A stretch of DNA of 64,000 nucleotides from Vulcanimicrobiota bacterium (GCA_963812135.1 CAWETU010000001.1:1952001-2016000), one strand, 5' to 3'. Positions 1 through 11,120 are shown, counted from the stretch's first letter. The notes: a model not told the origin generated them from the sequence alone. Numbers and translations are program-made.

Positions 1-191
1 TCGCGTATCGCACGATCTCAGGCACCGGCTACTCGCCGACGGCCGCGGATTTCGCAGCGGCGTATCATCGCAAGTTCCGCAACGGCAACGAGATGTATCT
101 CGAGTGGGGCACGCCGCAGACGACGACGCAACTCGACAGATTCGTCCTCAAGTACGTGCTGCATCTCGGCGGCGCCGGTTCGGGGACGTAG
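1..191 (+). CDS. 3' end of a hypothetical protein (partial, runs in from window edge)
   Basis: Open frame from nt 3 to TAG at 189-191 (...EMYLEWGTPQTTTQLDRFVLKYVLHLGGAGSGT*) with GC3-rich codons; converges on the next gene. Confidence 0.6.
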   Translation, partial: AYRTISGTGYSPTAADFAAAYHRKFRNGNEMYLEWGTPQTTTQLDRFVLKYVLHLGGAGSGT

Positions 192-194
192 CGT

Positions 195-1166
195 CTACAG
201 GTCGATGTGGGTGCCGAGGCCGCGCTCGCTGCCGCGTTCGTAGACGATTGACGCGCACGCAAGATCTTCGATCGCGATCCCCAACGACTTGAACAGCGTG
301 ATCTCTTCGGGGGTGGTGCGGCCGAGCGTCTTTCCGCCTACCACGTCGGCGAGCAGCGTGAGGCGCGGCATTGGCGGCAACGCGCCCTCGGCGATGGCTT
401 GCGTGATGTCGCCCGCTTCGTGCAGCGCGCCTTCGATCGAATCGACGAAGATCGAGGCCTGGGCCATCAGATCAGCGGGAAGCTCGCGCATGCGCGGGGT
501 GCACGCGCCGACCGCGTTGATGTGCGCGCCGGCGGCGACATCGGAACTCGTCAGGACGGGCTCGCTCGACGAGGTCACCGTGCAGATCACGTCGGCATTC
601 TCGCACGCCGCGTGCGGCGTGTCCGTCGCGCGCGCGGCAAGGCCTTGTTCGCGCAACTCACGTGCGAGCGTTTCGGCCCGCAACCTGTTGCGGCCCCAAA
701 TGCGCAGCTCTTCAAGCTCCATCACCAGCGCCAGCGCATGCGCGTGCGCCCTTGCTTGCACGCCGGTCCCCAAGATCGCCGCGCTCTTCGCGCCGGAGCG
801 CGCGAGCTCGCGGGTCGCGACGGCGGACACGGCTGCCGTGCGGATCTCCGTGATCAAGCGTCCGTCCATCAGCACGATCGGCCGGCCGTCCTGCGGATCG
901 AACAGCGCGATGAGCGCTTGGTGCGTGTGTCGATCGCGCTGCGCGTTACCGGGGAAAAACGTGACGAGCTTCGCGCCGATGCTGGCCGGATCCGACATGA
1001 TGGCGCCCGGCATCGAGCCGAGCAAGCCGTTGGGGACGACGACGGCGGCGCGCAGAGGATTTATGGTCTTTTGGTCCGCTTGCGCCCGCAGGGCCCGCTC
1101 GACCGCGCTGAAGGCGTCCCCGGCCGTCAGCGCAGCCGCGACGTCCGCCTCTTTAAGGATGAGCAA
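195..1166 (-). CDS. Ornithine cyclodeaminase / mu-crystallin family protein
   Basis: Motifs LGSMPG, KLVTFFPGN, ITEIRTAAVSAVAT, GTGVQA, FKSLGIAIEDLA; TTG start at 1166 overlapping the upstream stop preferred over ORF start 1196. Confidence 0.9.
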   Translation of the reverse strand: MLILKEADVAAALTAGDAFSAVERALRAQADQKTINPLRAAVVVPNGLLGSMPGAIMSDPASIGAKLVTFFPGNAQRDRHTHQALIALFDPQDGRPIVLMDGRLITEIRTAAVSAVATRELARSGAKSAAILGTGVQARAHAHALALVMELEELRIWGRNRLRAETLARELREQGLAARATDTPHAACENADVICTVTSSSEPVLTSSDVAAGAHINAVGACTPRMRELPADLMAQASIFVDSIEGALHEAGDITQAIAEGALPPMPRLTLLADVVGGKTLGRTTPEEITLFKSLGIAIEDLACASIVYERGSERGLGTHIDL

Positions 1167-1564
1167 GTTCGTCAAGCAGCACGTGCGCCTCGCCATCGAG
1201 CACGAGCTCGCCGCGCTGGTTGGCGCACTGCGTGCGCAGTGTCACGAGTGGTTTATCCCGCTCGACGGCGGTCACGGTCGCCGTCGTCGTGATCGTGTCG
1301 CCTGGGAAGACGGGCTTGCGAAACGACAGCGATTGCGAGACGTAGATGCAGCCGGGCCCGGGCAGCTTGGTGCCGATGACCGCGGAGATCAGGCTCGCGG
1401 TCAGCATGCCGTGCGCGATGGGTCGACCGTAGCGCGTGCGGCGCGCGAAATCCGCCGAAAGGTGCATCGGGTTGTCATCACCGGTAAGTTGCGCGAACGA
1501 CTCGATCATGTGCCAACATCGATCGTCTTCACGATCTGCGCGCTCGCGCCGACCGGAGGCGCGG

Positions 1565-1568
<4 letters not shown>
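1153..1568 (-). CDS. MaoC/PhaJ-like (R)-enoyl-CoA hydratase, one apparent frameshift near 1512
   Basis: Hydratase motif FAQLTGDDNPMH...IAHGML; the N-terminus MTAPPVGASAQIVKTIDV begins at a GTG overlapping the thiolase stop (GTGA) but is in another frame. Confidence 0.8.
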
Positions 1569-2755
<1,187 letters not shown>

Positions 2756-2833
2756 GATTGGCCTCCAGGACGGATGTCCTTAATCCGAGCGCGCGGGCAG
2801 TCCTTGGTACGCGCTTTCCCGAACGGTGGCGAC

Positions 2834-3628
2834 ATGCGAGTTTTGTTCTTCGGCGACATCACCGGCACGCAGGCGGTCGTGCGGCTTTCGGAGCGATTGC
2901 CCGGCTGGCGGCGCGCGCACCGCATCGATGCCGTGATCGCCAACGCCGAAAACGCGACGGTCAGCAGCTCGGATGATCCGCGCACCGGTTTCGGCATGAG
3001 CGCGAAGGCGGTCGAGACGCTGCTCGAGGCCGGGGTGGATGTCATCACGGGCGGCAACCACTCATGGGATGCGCCCGACTGCGAAAGCGTCCTCGACTCC
3101 GCGCGCATCGTGCGGCCGCTCAACGTGGTCGGCGCGTTGGCCGGACACGGCGTGATCGAGTTCAAGACACAGCAGGCTGCGCTGACGATCGTCAACCTGA
3201 TCGGCGACAGCGCCGCCGGCGAGCGTTATACGGTTTCGAATCCTCTGGCGGCGTTCGACGCGCTGCGTCTCACAGACGCCAACGTGCTGGTCGACTTCCA
3301 TTCCGAGTCGGTGACCGAAAAGCAGACGTTCGCGCACGCGGTCGACGGCCGGGCGGCGGCGGTCTTCGGCACACACACGCACGAATCGACCTTGCGCGTG
3401 CATGTGCTGCCACGCGGCACGATCTTCGTGGCCGACGTCGGCATGGTCGGACCGAGCGGCGGCGTGCAAGGCATCGATCCCGAGTTCTTCATCCATGAGA
3501 TGCGGGAATTCCGCGAGCCGCGCAGCTTTGAGCTGGCGCGCGGCGAGCTGACGTTGGGGGCGATGCTGTTGGAGATCGGGGCGGACGGAAAACATTCGGC
3601 CGAGCGCTTTGGCCCGGCCGATTGGTAG
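2834..3628 (+). CDS. ymdB: YmdB-family metallophosphoesterase
   Basis: GDITG, NAEN, GNHSWD, DFHSESVTEK, GTHTH, DVGMVG motifs; ATG at 2834. Confidence 0.85.
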   Translation: MRVLFFGDITGTQAVVRLSERLPGWRRAHRIDAVIANAENATVSSSDDPRTGFGMSAKAVETLLEAGVDVITGGNHSWDAPDCESVLDSARIVRPLNVVGALAGHGVIEFKTQQAALTIVNLIGDSAAGERYTVSNPLAAFDALRLTDANVLVDFHSESVTEKQTFAHAVDGRAAAVFGTHTHESTLRVHVLPRGTIFVADVGMVGPSGGVQGIDPEFFIHEMREFREPRSFELARGELTLGAMLLEIGADGKHSAERFGPADW

Positions 3629-3637
3629 GTTACGATC

Positions 3638-3684
3638 GAGCGAGCTTCGTTCGCTCCTACACCCGAGCTGCGCTCGGGTACTAC
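3638..3684 (-). repeat. Two tandem GTAG-hairpin REP-like elements
   Basis: Minus strand reads GTAG-TACCCGAGCGCAGCTCGGGT then GTAG-GAGCGAACGAAGCTCGCTC, between convergent genes. Confidence 0.65.
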
Positions 3685-3685
3685 G

Positions 3686-4072
3686 TCACTTGATTTCGAT
3701 CGTGACTGCGATGTGCTTTCCGCCCTGCACAATGCCGGTCACCGCGACATGTTCACCCTTGCTCAGATCGGCGATGCTGCCGGCCTGGCCGTGCTTCGCG
3801 ATCGACGTGGTCGGCGTGATGTGGATCGACTCCGTGACACCGGCCGCCAGCACCTCGATCACGTTTTGATCGTAGGCGACTCCTTGGATGACGCCGGTCA
3901 GCGTGAAGTTGGCGTCGGCCGCGGCTGCCACCGAGATCGTGCCGTTTGACAGCTCGCCCGCCTGGCAGGCGGTGCACGCCGTGCCTGCCGGCCCGGCGGC
4001 CGCCGTGACCAGTGCGAAAAGGCCCAGGGCGATGACGAACCGCGCCGAGAGGGCTGAAATCGAAGAGCGCAT
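3686..4072 (-). CDS. Secreted hypothetical protein (DUF5666-like OB-type domain, CxxC)
   Basis: N-terminal signal peptide, ACTACQ, C-terminal IADLSKGEHVAVTG pattern. Confidence 0.6.
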   Translation of the reverse strand: MRSSISALSARFVIALGLFALVTAAAGPAGTACTACQAGELSNGTISVAAAADANFTLTGVIQGVAYDQNVIEVLAAGVTESIHITPTTSIAKHGQAGSIADLSKGEHVAVTGIVQGGKHIAVTIEIK

Positions 4073-4202
4073 CGCTGCTATCATACGATAGTGTAACGCG
4101 TCGTGCAACCGGGGCGTTGCGTGACGGCTGCACGAGTCTGCGCTGTTTATCGCTTCTTCATCTCGCCGAGGCCGCGAGCCGGCATGGCGCGAAAGCGCGC
4201 GA

Positions 4203-5057
4203 ATGCAAGAACCGCTGCCCACCAGGCCGCTGGGCCAGACGGGCGAGCGCGTGACTGCCTTCGGACTTGGCGGGGAAGGCGTGCTGCGCAGCTTCGCCCG
4301 CGACGAACAGGCGCGTGCGGTCATCACCGCGGCGCTCGACGAAGGCGTCACGTATTTCGACTGTGCACGGGCGTACGCCGGCAGCGAGCAATACTACGGC
4401 GCAGCGCTCGGTCCGCGGCGCGAGAACATCTTCTTGTGCTCGAAGGCGCACGACCGGTCGTATGCCGGAGCGCTCGAGATGCTCGACCAGACGCTCAAGA
4501 ACATGCGCACCGACCATCTCGATCTCTGGCAATTGCATGACGTGCGCACGGCTGAAGATCTCGACCTCATGGATGGCGAGCGCGGCACGTATGCGGCGTT
4601 CGAGCGGGCCAAGCGAACGGGCAAGGCGCGTTTCATCGGCGTGACCGGCCACTACGACCCGGAGATCATGCTCGAGGCGATCAGCCGTTTCGACTTCGAC
4701 ACCGTGATGCTGCCGGTCAATCCGTGCGAAGCCGCGCTCGATTCGTTCGCGTCGGTCGTGATCCCGGAGGCAGTCGCGCGCGGCATGGGTGTCATCGCGA
4801 TGAAGGTGTTCGGCCGCGGCCTGCTGTTGGGCATGCAAGAAGATCCGCCGTTGCAATCGCTGATCGACTACGCGCTCACCGCGCCGATCTCGGTTGCGAT
4901 CATCGGCTGCGACGATGTAGCGCAGGTGCAGGCCGCCGCTCGCGCGGCGCGCGCGTTCGCGCCGCTATCGCCGGAGCTGCAGCGCAAACTCGAAGAGCGT
5001 TTGAAGCCCGAAAGCAAACGGACGTTGTATTACCGGCGGCCGCCCACACCCGCCTGA
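4203..5057 (+). CDS. Aldo/keto reductase
   Basis: LGQTGERVTAFGLG, YFDCARAY, DHLDLWQLH, FIGVTGH, IAMKVFG. Confidence 0.92.
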   Translation: MQEPLPTRPLGQTGERVTAFGLGGEGVLRSFARDEQARAVITAALDEGVTYFDCARAYAGSEQYYGAALGPRRENIFLCSKAHDRSYAGALEMLDQTLKNMRTDHLDLWQLHDVRTAEDLDLMDGERGTYAAFERAKRTGKARFIGVTGHYDPEIMLEAISRFDFDTVMLPVNPCEAALDSFASVVIPEAVARGMGVIAMKVFGRGLLLGMQEDPPLQSLIDYALTAPISVAIIGCDDVAQVQAAARAARAFAPLSPELQRKLEERLKPESKRTLYYRRPPTPA

Positions 5058-5075
5058 CCTCCGCGCGAGCGAGCG

Positions 5076-7250
5076 TTATTGGTCCATGAGCTTGCGCGTG
5101 AAGTAGGTCATCTCCAGCGCGACCGTGTGCGCTCTTTCCTTCAGATTAGCGCCGGCGGCGTGACCACCTTCGACCACCTCGTAGAAATAATACGGGATGC
5201 CCATCGCCTGCAGCTTGGCGGCGAACTTGCGCGCATGTTGGGGTCCGACGCGGTCGTCCTTCGTGGTCGTCCAGATGAGCGGCTGCGGATAAGCGACGTC
5301 CGGCTTGATGTTGTTGTACGGCGAAATCGATGCGAGAAACGCGCGCTGCTCGGGATTGGAAACGCTGCCGTACTCGCCGACCCACGACGCGCCCGCGTCG
5401 ATCTTCTCGTAGCGCAACATGTCGAGCAGCGGCACTTGGATATCGACCGCATTCCAAAGCTCGGGGTGCTGCGTGAATTCAACGCCCATTAGCAAGCCGC
5501 CGTTCGAACCGCCTTGGATGCCGAGCCGGCGCGGGCTGGTGATTTTCTTCGCGATCAGATCCTGCGCGACCGCGGCGAAGTCGTCGTAGATGCGTTGACG
5601 ATGGACGGTGAGGCCGGCGTCGTGCCATGCTGGGCCGAACTCGCCGCCGCCGCGGATGTTGGCGAGGGCGTACACGCCGCCTCGCTCCAGCCACAACTTG
5701 CCGATCGTCGCCGAGTACGCCGGGGTCTCGGAGATCTGAAATCCGCCGTACGCGTAAAGGATCGTCGGATTTGAACCGTCGAGCTTCATGCTCTTCGGAT
5801 GGACGATAAAGTACGGGATCTGCGTGCCGTCTTTGGACGTCGCCTCGTGCTGCTCCACGACGTCTTTGCTCGCGTCGAATTTTGCCGGCAACGATTTGAC
5901 GACTGCAACCGACCCGCTGCCGGTGTTGGCAAGCCACAGCGTCGTGGGAGTCAAGAAACTCGTGACGTCAAGAAACGCGCGCTCATCGCGCTCATCTGCG
6001 GCGTCGAGCGAGATCGAAGAGTTATCCGGCAATGTCAGGCGTTGGTGCGACCAGCCGCCATTCGCAAGAGGGGCGTAGATGTACGCGCGACCCTTGACGT
6101 CTTCATACGTCGTGATCAAAAGATGAGAGCGGGTTGAGTCGACTCCGTCGAGCGTCGCACGCGGGCCTGGTTGATAGACCAGCGTCGGCTTGAGATGTTG
6201 AGAATCGGCCATCGTTCGTGCGAGATCCAGCGAGACCAGACTGCCCTGGTGGAACGTGGTGCCGTTGATAGTCCAGTCCTGTTTGAGCGTGAATAGCAGA
6301 CGTCCGGCGACGAGCGCGCTGACGTCCGCCTTGAGCGGTACGGCGAGTTTGCGCAAACCACTGGGCGCGATGAGGTAATACTCGCTCGTGAAGAACGTCA
6401 TGTTGCGGACGATCATCAAGACGCGATGTCCTTGGCCGTCGTGCAAGGCGAACGGCGACGTGCCGACATCGCCCTTCGTGCCTCGGAAGATCTCGACAGC
6501 GGCGGAAAACGGCTGCCCGCGTTTGAGGCGTTTGACGACATATGGATAACCCGAAGTCGTCATCTCGCCGGGGGCCCATTCGCGCGCCACCAACAGCGTG
6601 TCGCTGCTCTCCCACGCGGTGTCTTGCTTGCCGCGCGGCAGCATAAATCCGCCGGGCACGAAGTGTTGGGTCGTCAGGTCGAATTCGCGTACCGTCCGCG
6701 CGTCCTCGCCGCCATCGGACAGGTTGATGAGACAGCGGCGCTCATCAGGCCAGTAGCAGTCAGCGCCCTGCCACACCCAATTCGCTTTTTCGGCCGTGGC
6801 AAGAGCGTCGAGATCGAGCACGGTCGTCCAACGAGGTGAGGGACTTGTATAGCCAGCGAGGGTCGTGCGTCGCCAAATGCCGCGCGCGTGATACGCGTCT
6901 TGCCAAAAATTGTATATCTGGTTCTGAAGAAAGCGCGGGGCCGGAATGCGGTCTTGCGCTTGGACGATCTTGAGCGCATCCGCGTACAGGCCGGCATAGC
7001 GCGGATCATTCTCCAGCACCCCGAGCGTCTTCGCGTTTTCGGCTTCTACCCAGGCGAGCGCCCGCGCACCGCGCTGGTCCTCAAGCCAAAGGTAGGGGTC
7101 GGCCGCATCCGAGCCGGCCGGCGACGGACTTACTGCCATGGTCGGGCTCACGATCGGTGTCGGTAAGTTGTCAGTGGGCTGGGCGATCGCCGCGCCGGAA
7201 ACAGCGGCAAGGCACGCGAGCATCAAGAGCGCGACAAGAGTGCGTAACAT
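5076..7250 (-). CDS. Prolyl oligopeptidase family (S9A) serine peptidase, secreted
   Basis: DPYLWLE, YAYGGF, GGSNGG nucleophile, DDRV, GGH triad; signal peptide. Confidence 0.95.
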   Translation of the reverse strand: MLRTLVALLMLACLAAVSGAAIAQPTDNLPTPIVSPTMAVSPSPAGSDAADPYLWLEDQRGARALAWVEAENAKTLGVLENDPRYAGLYADALKIVQAQDRIPAPRFLQNQIYNFWQDAYHARGIWRRTTLAGYTSPSPRWTTVLDLDALATAEKANWVWQGADCYWPDERRCLINLSDGGEDARTVREFDLTTQHFVPGGFMLPRGKQDTAWESSDTLLVAREWAPGEMTTSGYPYVVKRLKRGQPFSAAVEIFRGTKGDVGTSPFALHDGQGHRVLMIVRNMTFFTSEYYLIAPSGLRKLAVPLKADVSALVAGRLLFTLKQDWTINGTTFHQGSLVSLDLARTMADSQHLKPTLVYQPGPRATLDGVDSTRSHLLITTYEDVKGRAYIYAPLANGGWSHQRLTLPDNSSISLDAADERDERAFLDVTSFLTPTTLWLANTGSGSVAVVKSLPAKFDASKDVVEQHEATSKDGTQIPYFIVHPKSMKLDGSNPTILYAYGGFQISETPAYSATIGKLWLERGGVYALANIRGGGEFGPAWHDAGLTVHRQRIYDDFAAVAQDLIAKKITSPRRLGIQGGSNGGLLMGVEFTQHPELWNAVDIQVPLLDMLRYEKIDAGASWVGEYGSVSNPEQRAFLASISPYNNIKPDVAYPQPLIWTTTKDDRVGPQHARKFAAKLQAMGIPYYFYEVVEGGHAAGANLKERAHTVALEMTYFTRKLMDQ

Positions 7251-7293
7251 CCGATCTCCAATTGCTGCCTTCTGCGCCGTGAGCCGGCGACTT

Positions 7294-8235
7294 CTACTTC
7301 GAGGGGGGCGAACCCGGCCACGCGAGGGCCAAGCCGATGCCGTACAGCGCCGCGCCGACGTATGACGGCGCTAGGTGGGTCAGAGATGTGTATCCCACCG
7401 ACGCGTGTATGACGATGGTGGCGCCGAACACGATCGCACCCATGATGAAGAGAACCCACCACAAGCCCCGGTCGCCGGCACGCATACCGGCGAACACCGT
7501 GAAAAAGATCGCCAGTCCGGATGCGAGCAGCGCGCCGCCGAAGCTGGCGCGGTCGTGGGCGATGACCGGGATGAGTCGCGGATTCACCACGATCATCTCG
7601 CGGGCTTGCGCACCGATGAAGTCGATGTCCGTCGGGACGAAGACGAAGGTCGCACCGATCGTCATGATCGCAAGGCCTGTCACGAATAATCCCGCCGCCG
7701 CAGCGAGCAAGAACGCTCTCCCAAGTCCGGCGCGCGATCGCACGTCGAACTTCTCTGCCGGCACGCCAAGCGTCGCGATGCCGCGCGGTTTTTCAAGCCC
7801 GCCATAGCTGAGGATCAACCCGGCGACCAACACGAGCAGCAGCTCCGCGGTCGTCGCGGCGTGGACGGGATCAAGGTAGCCGTAGCCGAGATAGGTGAGG
7901 AAGCTGCCGACGCCGACAAGTCCCGATAGCGCGAGGCACCACCATGCCCACGCGTGCCCCTCGCGCAGCGGCACTGCAGCAAGCCAGATGTAGAGTATGC
8001 CCAGCGCAAAGATAACACCGGCGAACGAGATCCGGTCGTGGACGATGAATGCGACGATCGAGCAATGCAGCACTGCGCATAGCTGGGAGATGGTCACTCC
8101 CATGTAGTCGGTGTCGTACGGCATCAGCTTCACCGTCAAGCCGATAGCGAACGTTCCGAGACCGGCGGCGCACAGCATGAGGCCCTCGCCGATCAGGAGC
8201 CCCACGCCCACGAGACGCTTTTCCGATGAGGTCAC
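7294..8235 (-). CDS. Integral membrane protein with two-fold internal repeat (HDRxSF motif twice)
   Basis: About 8 TM segments; MPYDTDYMG...VHDRISFAG and FVPTDIDFIG...AHDRASFGG halves. Confidence 0.75.
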   Translation of the reverse strand: MTSSEKRLVGVGLLIGEGLMLCAAGLGTFAIGLTVKLMPYDTDYMGVTISQLCAVLHCSIVAFIVHDRISFAGVIFALGILYIWLAAVPLREGHAWAWWCLALSGLVGVGSFLTYLGYGYLDPVHAATTAELLLVLVAGLILSYGGLEKPRGIATLGVPAEKFDVRSRAGLGRAFLLAAAAGLFVTGLAIMTIGATFVFVPTDIDFIGAQAREMIVVNPRLIPVIAHDRASFGGALLASGLAIFFTVFAGMRAGDRGLWWVLFIMGAIVFGATIVIHASVGYTSLTHLAPSYVGAALYGIGLALAWPGSPPSK

Positions 8236-8250
8236 GCGAAGGCGGTTCGA

Positions 8251-8299
8251 CGGTCGAATAAATTCGACCGCTACATTTTTGTCGAAATTCGACCGCTAC
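8251..8299 (-). repeat. Two tandem REP-like elements (family A)
   Basis: + strand CGGTCGAATAAATTCGACCGCTAC at 8251-8274 and a truncated copy at 8281-8299. Confidence 0.85.
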
Positions 8300-8301
8300 G
8301 A

Positions 8302-9141
8302 TTATTCGACGAAATCGATCGAGGGGATGTTCGGAACGATGCCTGCTTGCGCGCCGCGTTCGAGGAACAACGTGATGCTGGCGCGGCCTTCCTCGCCCAG
8401 GTCGACCGTGCGCCGGTTGACGTACATGCCGACGAACGTATCGGCGGTCTTGGTCTCCATGCCGCGCGCGTAGCGCAGCGCCCATTTGAGGGCGTCTTCG
8501 CGATGGGCAAGCCCATACTCGATGCTCGCCTTGAGATCGGCAGAGGCGCGGCGTTTGACGTCGTCAGGCAGCGAGCGCCTGATCGTGTTGACGCCGAGGG
8601 GCAACGGCAGACCGGTCTGTTCGAACCACCACGTGCCGAGATTGACGATCGAATGCAAGCCATGCTGTTCGTGCGTCAGCTGCCCTTCGTGGATCAGCAA
8701 ACCGTAATCCGCCTTGCCCGCCGCGACCGCCTCCATGATCGAATCGAACGGCATCACGACGGGCGTGAAGTCGCCGACGCACAGGCGCAGCCCAAGATAT
8801 GCGCTCGTCATCAGGCCGGGTACGGCGATCGTCGCGCCGCGCAGCGCTTGGAGCGGCACGCGCTCGCGCGCGACGACCATGGGGCCGTAGTCGCGCTCGC
8901 CCATCGATGCGCCGTGATTGAGGATCGCATATTTGTCCGCGACGTAGGCATACGCGTGCACCGAGATCGCCGTCGTGTCGAGCTTGCCCTCGCGCGCCCA
9001 CTCGTTGAGCGTCTGGATATCCTTGAGGATGTGCTCGTACGCCAGCGAGCCATCCCCGACTTTGCCGGCCGCCAAACCGTAGAACATGAACGCGTCGTCG
9101 GAATCCGGCGAGTGGCCGAGCGTCAACGTCTTGGTCATCAT
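8302..9141 (-). CDS. mqnD: 1,4-dihydroxy-6-naphthoate synthase (MqnA/MqnD family), futalosine menaquinone pathway
   Basis: LGHSPDSDDAFMFY, DIQTLNE, LLIHEGQLT, LPLPLG, MYVN motifs. Confidence 0.88.
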   Translation of the reverse strand: MMTKTLTLGHSPDSDDAFMFYGLAAGKVGDGSLAYEHILKDIQTLNEWAREGKLDTTAISVHAYAYVADKYAILNHGASMGERDYGPMVVARERVPLQALRGATIAVPGLMTSAYLGLRLCVGDFTPVVMPFDSIMEAVAAGKADYGLLIHEGQLTHEQHGLHSIVNLGTWWFEQTGLPLPLGVNTIRRSLPDDVKRRASADLKASIEYGLAHREDALKWALRYARGMETKTADTFVGMYVNRRTVDLGEEGRASITLFLERGAQAGIVPNIPSIDFVE

Positions 9142-9196
9142 CGCGGCTGCGGTTCGCGCAGGACGATGCCTTCCCCGCCCCTAAACACATAAGACC

Positions 9197-9556
9197 ATGA
9201 CTGACGAAGATACTTCTGCCGCAACCGCAACCTCAGAGAACATCGAGCATCCGGTCACCGAAGAGATCGTGCGCGAAGCGCTCAAGAGCGTCGTCGATCC
9301 CGAGATCGGACTTGACATGGTGAGCCTCGGACTGCTCTATGGCGTCGAGGTGACCAGCGCGAAGGTCAAGGTCACGATGACGCTCACGACGCCGGCGTGT
9401 CCGGTCGGCCCGATGTTCGTCAACGCGGTGCACCAAGCCGTGATGGCGATCCCCGGCGTCGCCGAATGCGATGTCGATCTGACGTTCTCGCCGCCGTGGG
9501 ATCCGCGCACGATGGCAAGCGACGAAGTAAAATTGCAAATGGGGTTCTACTACTGA
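9197..9556 (+). CDS. Metal-sulfur cluster assembly factor (DUF59/SufT/PaaD-like)
   Basis: VVDPEIGLDMVSLGL, TLTTPACP, FSPPWDP. Confidence 0.92.
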   Translation: MTDEDTSAATATSENIEHPVTEEIVREALKSVVDPEIGLDMVSLGLLYGVEVTSAKVKVTMTLTTPACPVGPMFVNAVHQAVMAIPGVAECDVDLTFSPPWDPRTMASDEVKLQMGFYY

Positions 9557-9578
9557 GCGAAGCGCGCACCGTCGAGGA

Positions 9579-9602
9579 CGGTCGAGTGAACTCGACCGCT
9601 AC
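9579..9602 (-). repeat. REP-like element (family A variant) overlapping ABC gene start
   Basis: CGGTCGAG-TGAA-CTCGACCG-CTAC; same stem as other copies with a compensatory top pair. Confidence 0.75.
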
Positions 9603-10353
9603 AAAGGACGGCGCCGTCGAGGGCGCCGTTTCCGTTCGTCGTCTCGTCAAGCGCTACGGCGATCTTGTCGCGGTCGATGATCTGTCATTTGACGTGGCGC
9701 CCGGCGAGTTCTTCGGCTTTCTCGGGCCGAACGGCGCCGGCAAGACGACGACGATCAACGCGATCGTCGGCCTGGCGACGTTTCAATCCGGCACGATCAG
9801 CGTGTTCGGCGCCGATGCCGTCAAAGAGTTCCGGCGCGCGCGCTCGTACATCGGCCTTTCGCCGCAGGAGTTCAATTTCGACCGCTATTTGACGGTGGAA
9901 GAAATCCTCGTCTATCAGGCGGGCTACTACGGCATTCCCCCGTCACAGGCGACGCCGCGCGCCATCGAGCTGCTCGAGCAATTCGAGCTGACCGACAAGC
10001 GGCGCGCCACCTATCTTCAGCTCAGCGGCGGCTTCAAACGGCGTCTTGCGCTCGCGCGTGCGCTCGTGCACGAGCCGAAGCTTCTCATCCTCGACGAGCC
10101 CACCGCAGGGCTCGACGTCGAATTGCGCATCGAGCTGTGGGAGTTCTTGCGACGCATCAACGCCGGCGGCATGACCGTCTTTCTGACCTCGCACTATCTC
10201 GAAGAGGTCGAGATGCTGTGCTCGCGCATCGGCATCATCAATCACGGGAAGCTCGTCGCCCTCGAAAACAAGGACACGCTGATCGCGAAACACGGCCAGG
10301 GCTCGCTGCAAGACGTGTTCTTGGAGCTCGTGGGCAGGCACATTCCGCGGTGA
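9586..10353 (+). CDS. ABC-2 type transporter ATP-binding protein
   Basis: Walker A GPNGAGKT, LSGG, LILDEPT, H-loop; in-frame GTG at 9586 with GAGGA 7 nt upstream. Confidence 0.92.
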   Translation: MNSTATKDGAVEGAVSVRRLVKRYGDLVAVDDLSFDVAPGEFFGFLGPNGAGKTTTINAIVGLATFQSGTISVFGADAVKEFRRARSYIGLSPQEFNFDRYLTVEEILVYQAGYYGIPPSQATPRAIELLEQFELTDKRRATYLQLSGGFKRRLALARALVHEPKLLILDEPTAGLDVELRIELWEFLRRINAGGMTVFLTSHYLEEVEMLCSRIGIINHGKLVALENKDTLIAKHGQGSLQDVFLELVGRHIPR

Positions 10354-11114
10354 GCAACTGGATCGGCTTCGCGACGATCGTGCGGCGCGAATTCAAGCGG
10401 ACGATGATGACCATCAACCAGGTCGTCTGGCCGCCTGTGATCACGACGCTGCTCTTCCTCTTCATCTTCGGAGTCGGCCTTGGTTCCACGCTCCGCCAGA
10501 TGGACGGCGTCTCCTACATCCAATTCTTGTTGCCCGGCCTGGTCATGCTCAACGTGATCTCGTCGAGCTATGACGAGGCGGCTTCGTCGCTCTTCCAACA
10601 GCGCTTCCAGCTCTCGATCCAGGAGCTGCTCATCGCGCCGATCTCCGATCTCGAGCTGCTGCTCGGCTACCTGACGGGCAGCATCTTGCGAGGCATCGTG
10701 ATCGGCGGGCTCATCATGCTGCTCGGCTTGCTTGTCGTGCATCTCGAGCCGCGCAACGGCGCCATCCTCTTCTATTTCATGTTCGTGACGGCGCTGCTCT
10801 TCTCGTCGATCGGCATGATCGGCGCACTGCTCGCCAAGACGTTCGACAATCTCGCGATCGTGACCACGTTCTTCATCACGCCCCTGACGTATGTCGGCGG
10901 CGTCTTCTCCAGCATCCACGTGCTGCCGACGCTCGTCAAGCAGGTCTCGCTTTTCAACCCGATGCTCTACATGGTGGATGGCCTGCGTTTCGGCTACATC
11001 GGCCGGTCGGATGTGTCGCCCCTTATCGACGCCGCGATCGTCACGCTGTTGGCGGTGGTCGCGTTCATCATCGCCTTCTGGATGGTCCACCGAGGCGTGA
11101 ACTTGCGCGTCTAG
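10350..11114 (+). CDS. ABC-2 type transporter permease
   Basis: GTGA overlap with the ATPase; SYIQFLLPG, IQELLIAP, FNPMLYMVDGLRFG. Confidence 0.92.
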   Translation: MSNWIGFATIVRREFKRTMMTINQVVWPPVITTLLFLFIFGVGLGSTLRQMDGVSYIQFLLPGLVMLNVISSSYDEAASSLFQQRFQLSIQELLIAPISDLELLLGYLTGSILRGIVIGGLIMLLGLLVVHLEPRNGAILFYFMFVTALLFSSIGMIGALLAKTFDNLAIVTTFFITPLTYVGGVFSSIHVLPTLVKQVSLFNPMLYMVDGLRFGYIGRSDVSPLIDAAIVTLLAVVAFIIAFWMVHRGVNLRV

Positions 11115-11120
11115 CGTGAC

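Noticed and set aside
9877..9887. TTCGACCGCTA match to the REP core inside the ABC ATPase
   Set aside because: No left stem arm; it encodes the ordinary EFNFDRY segment of the protein
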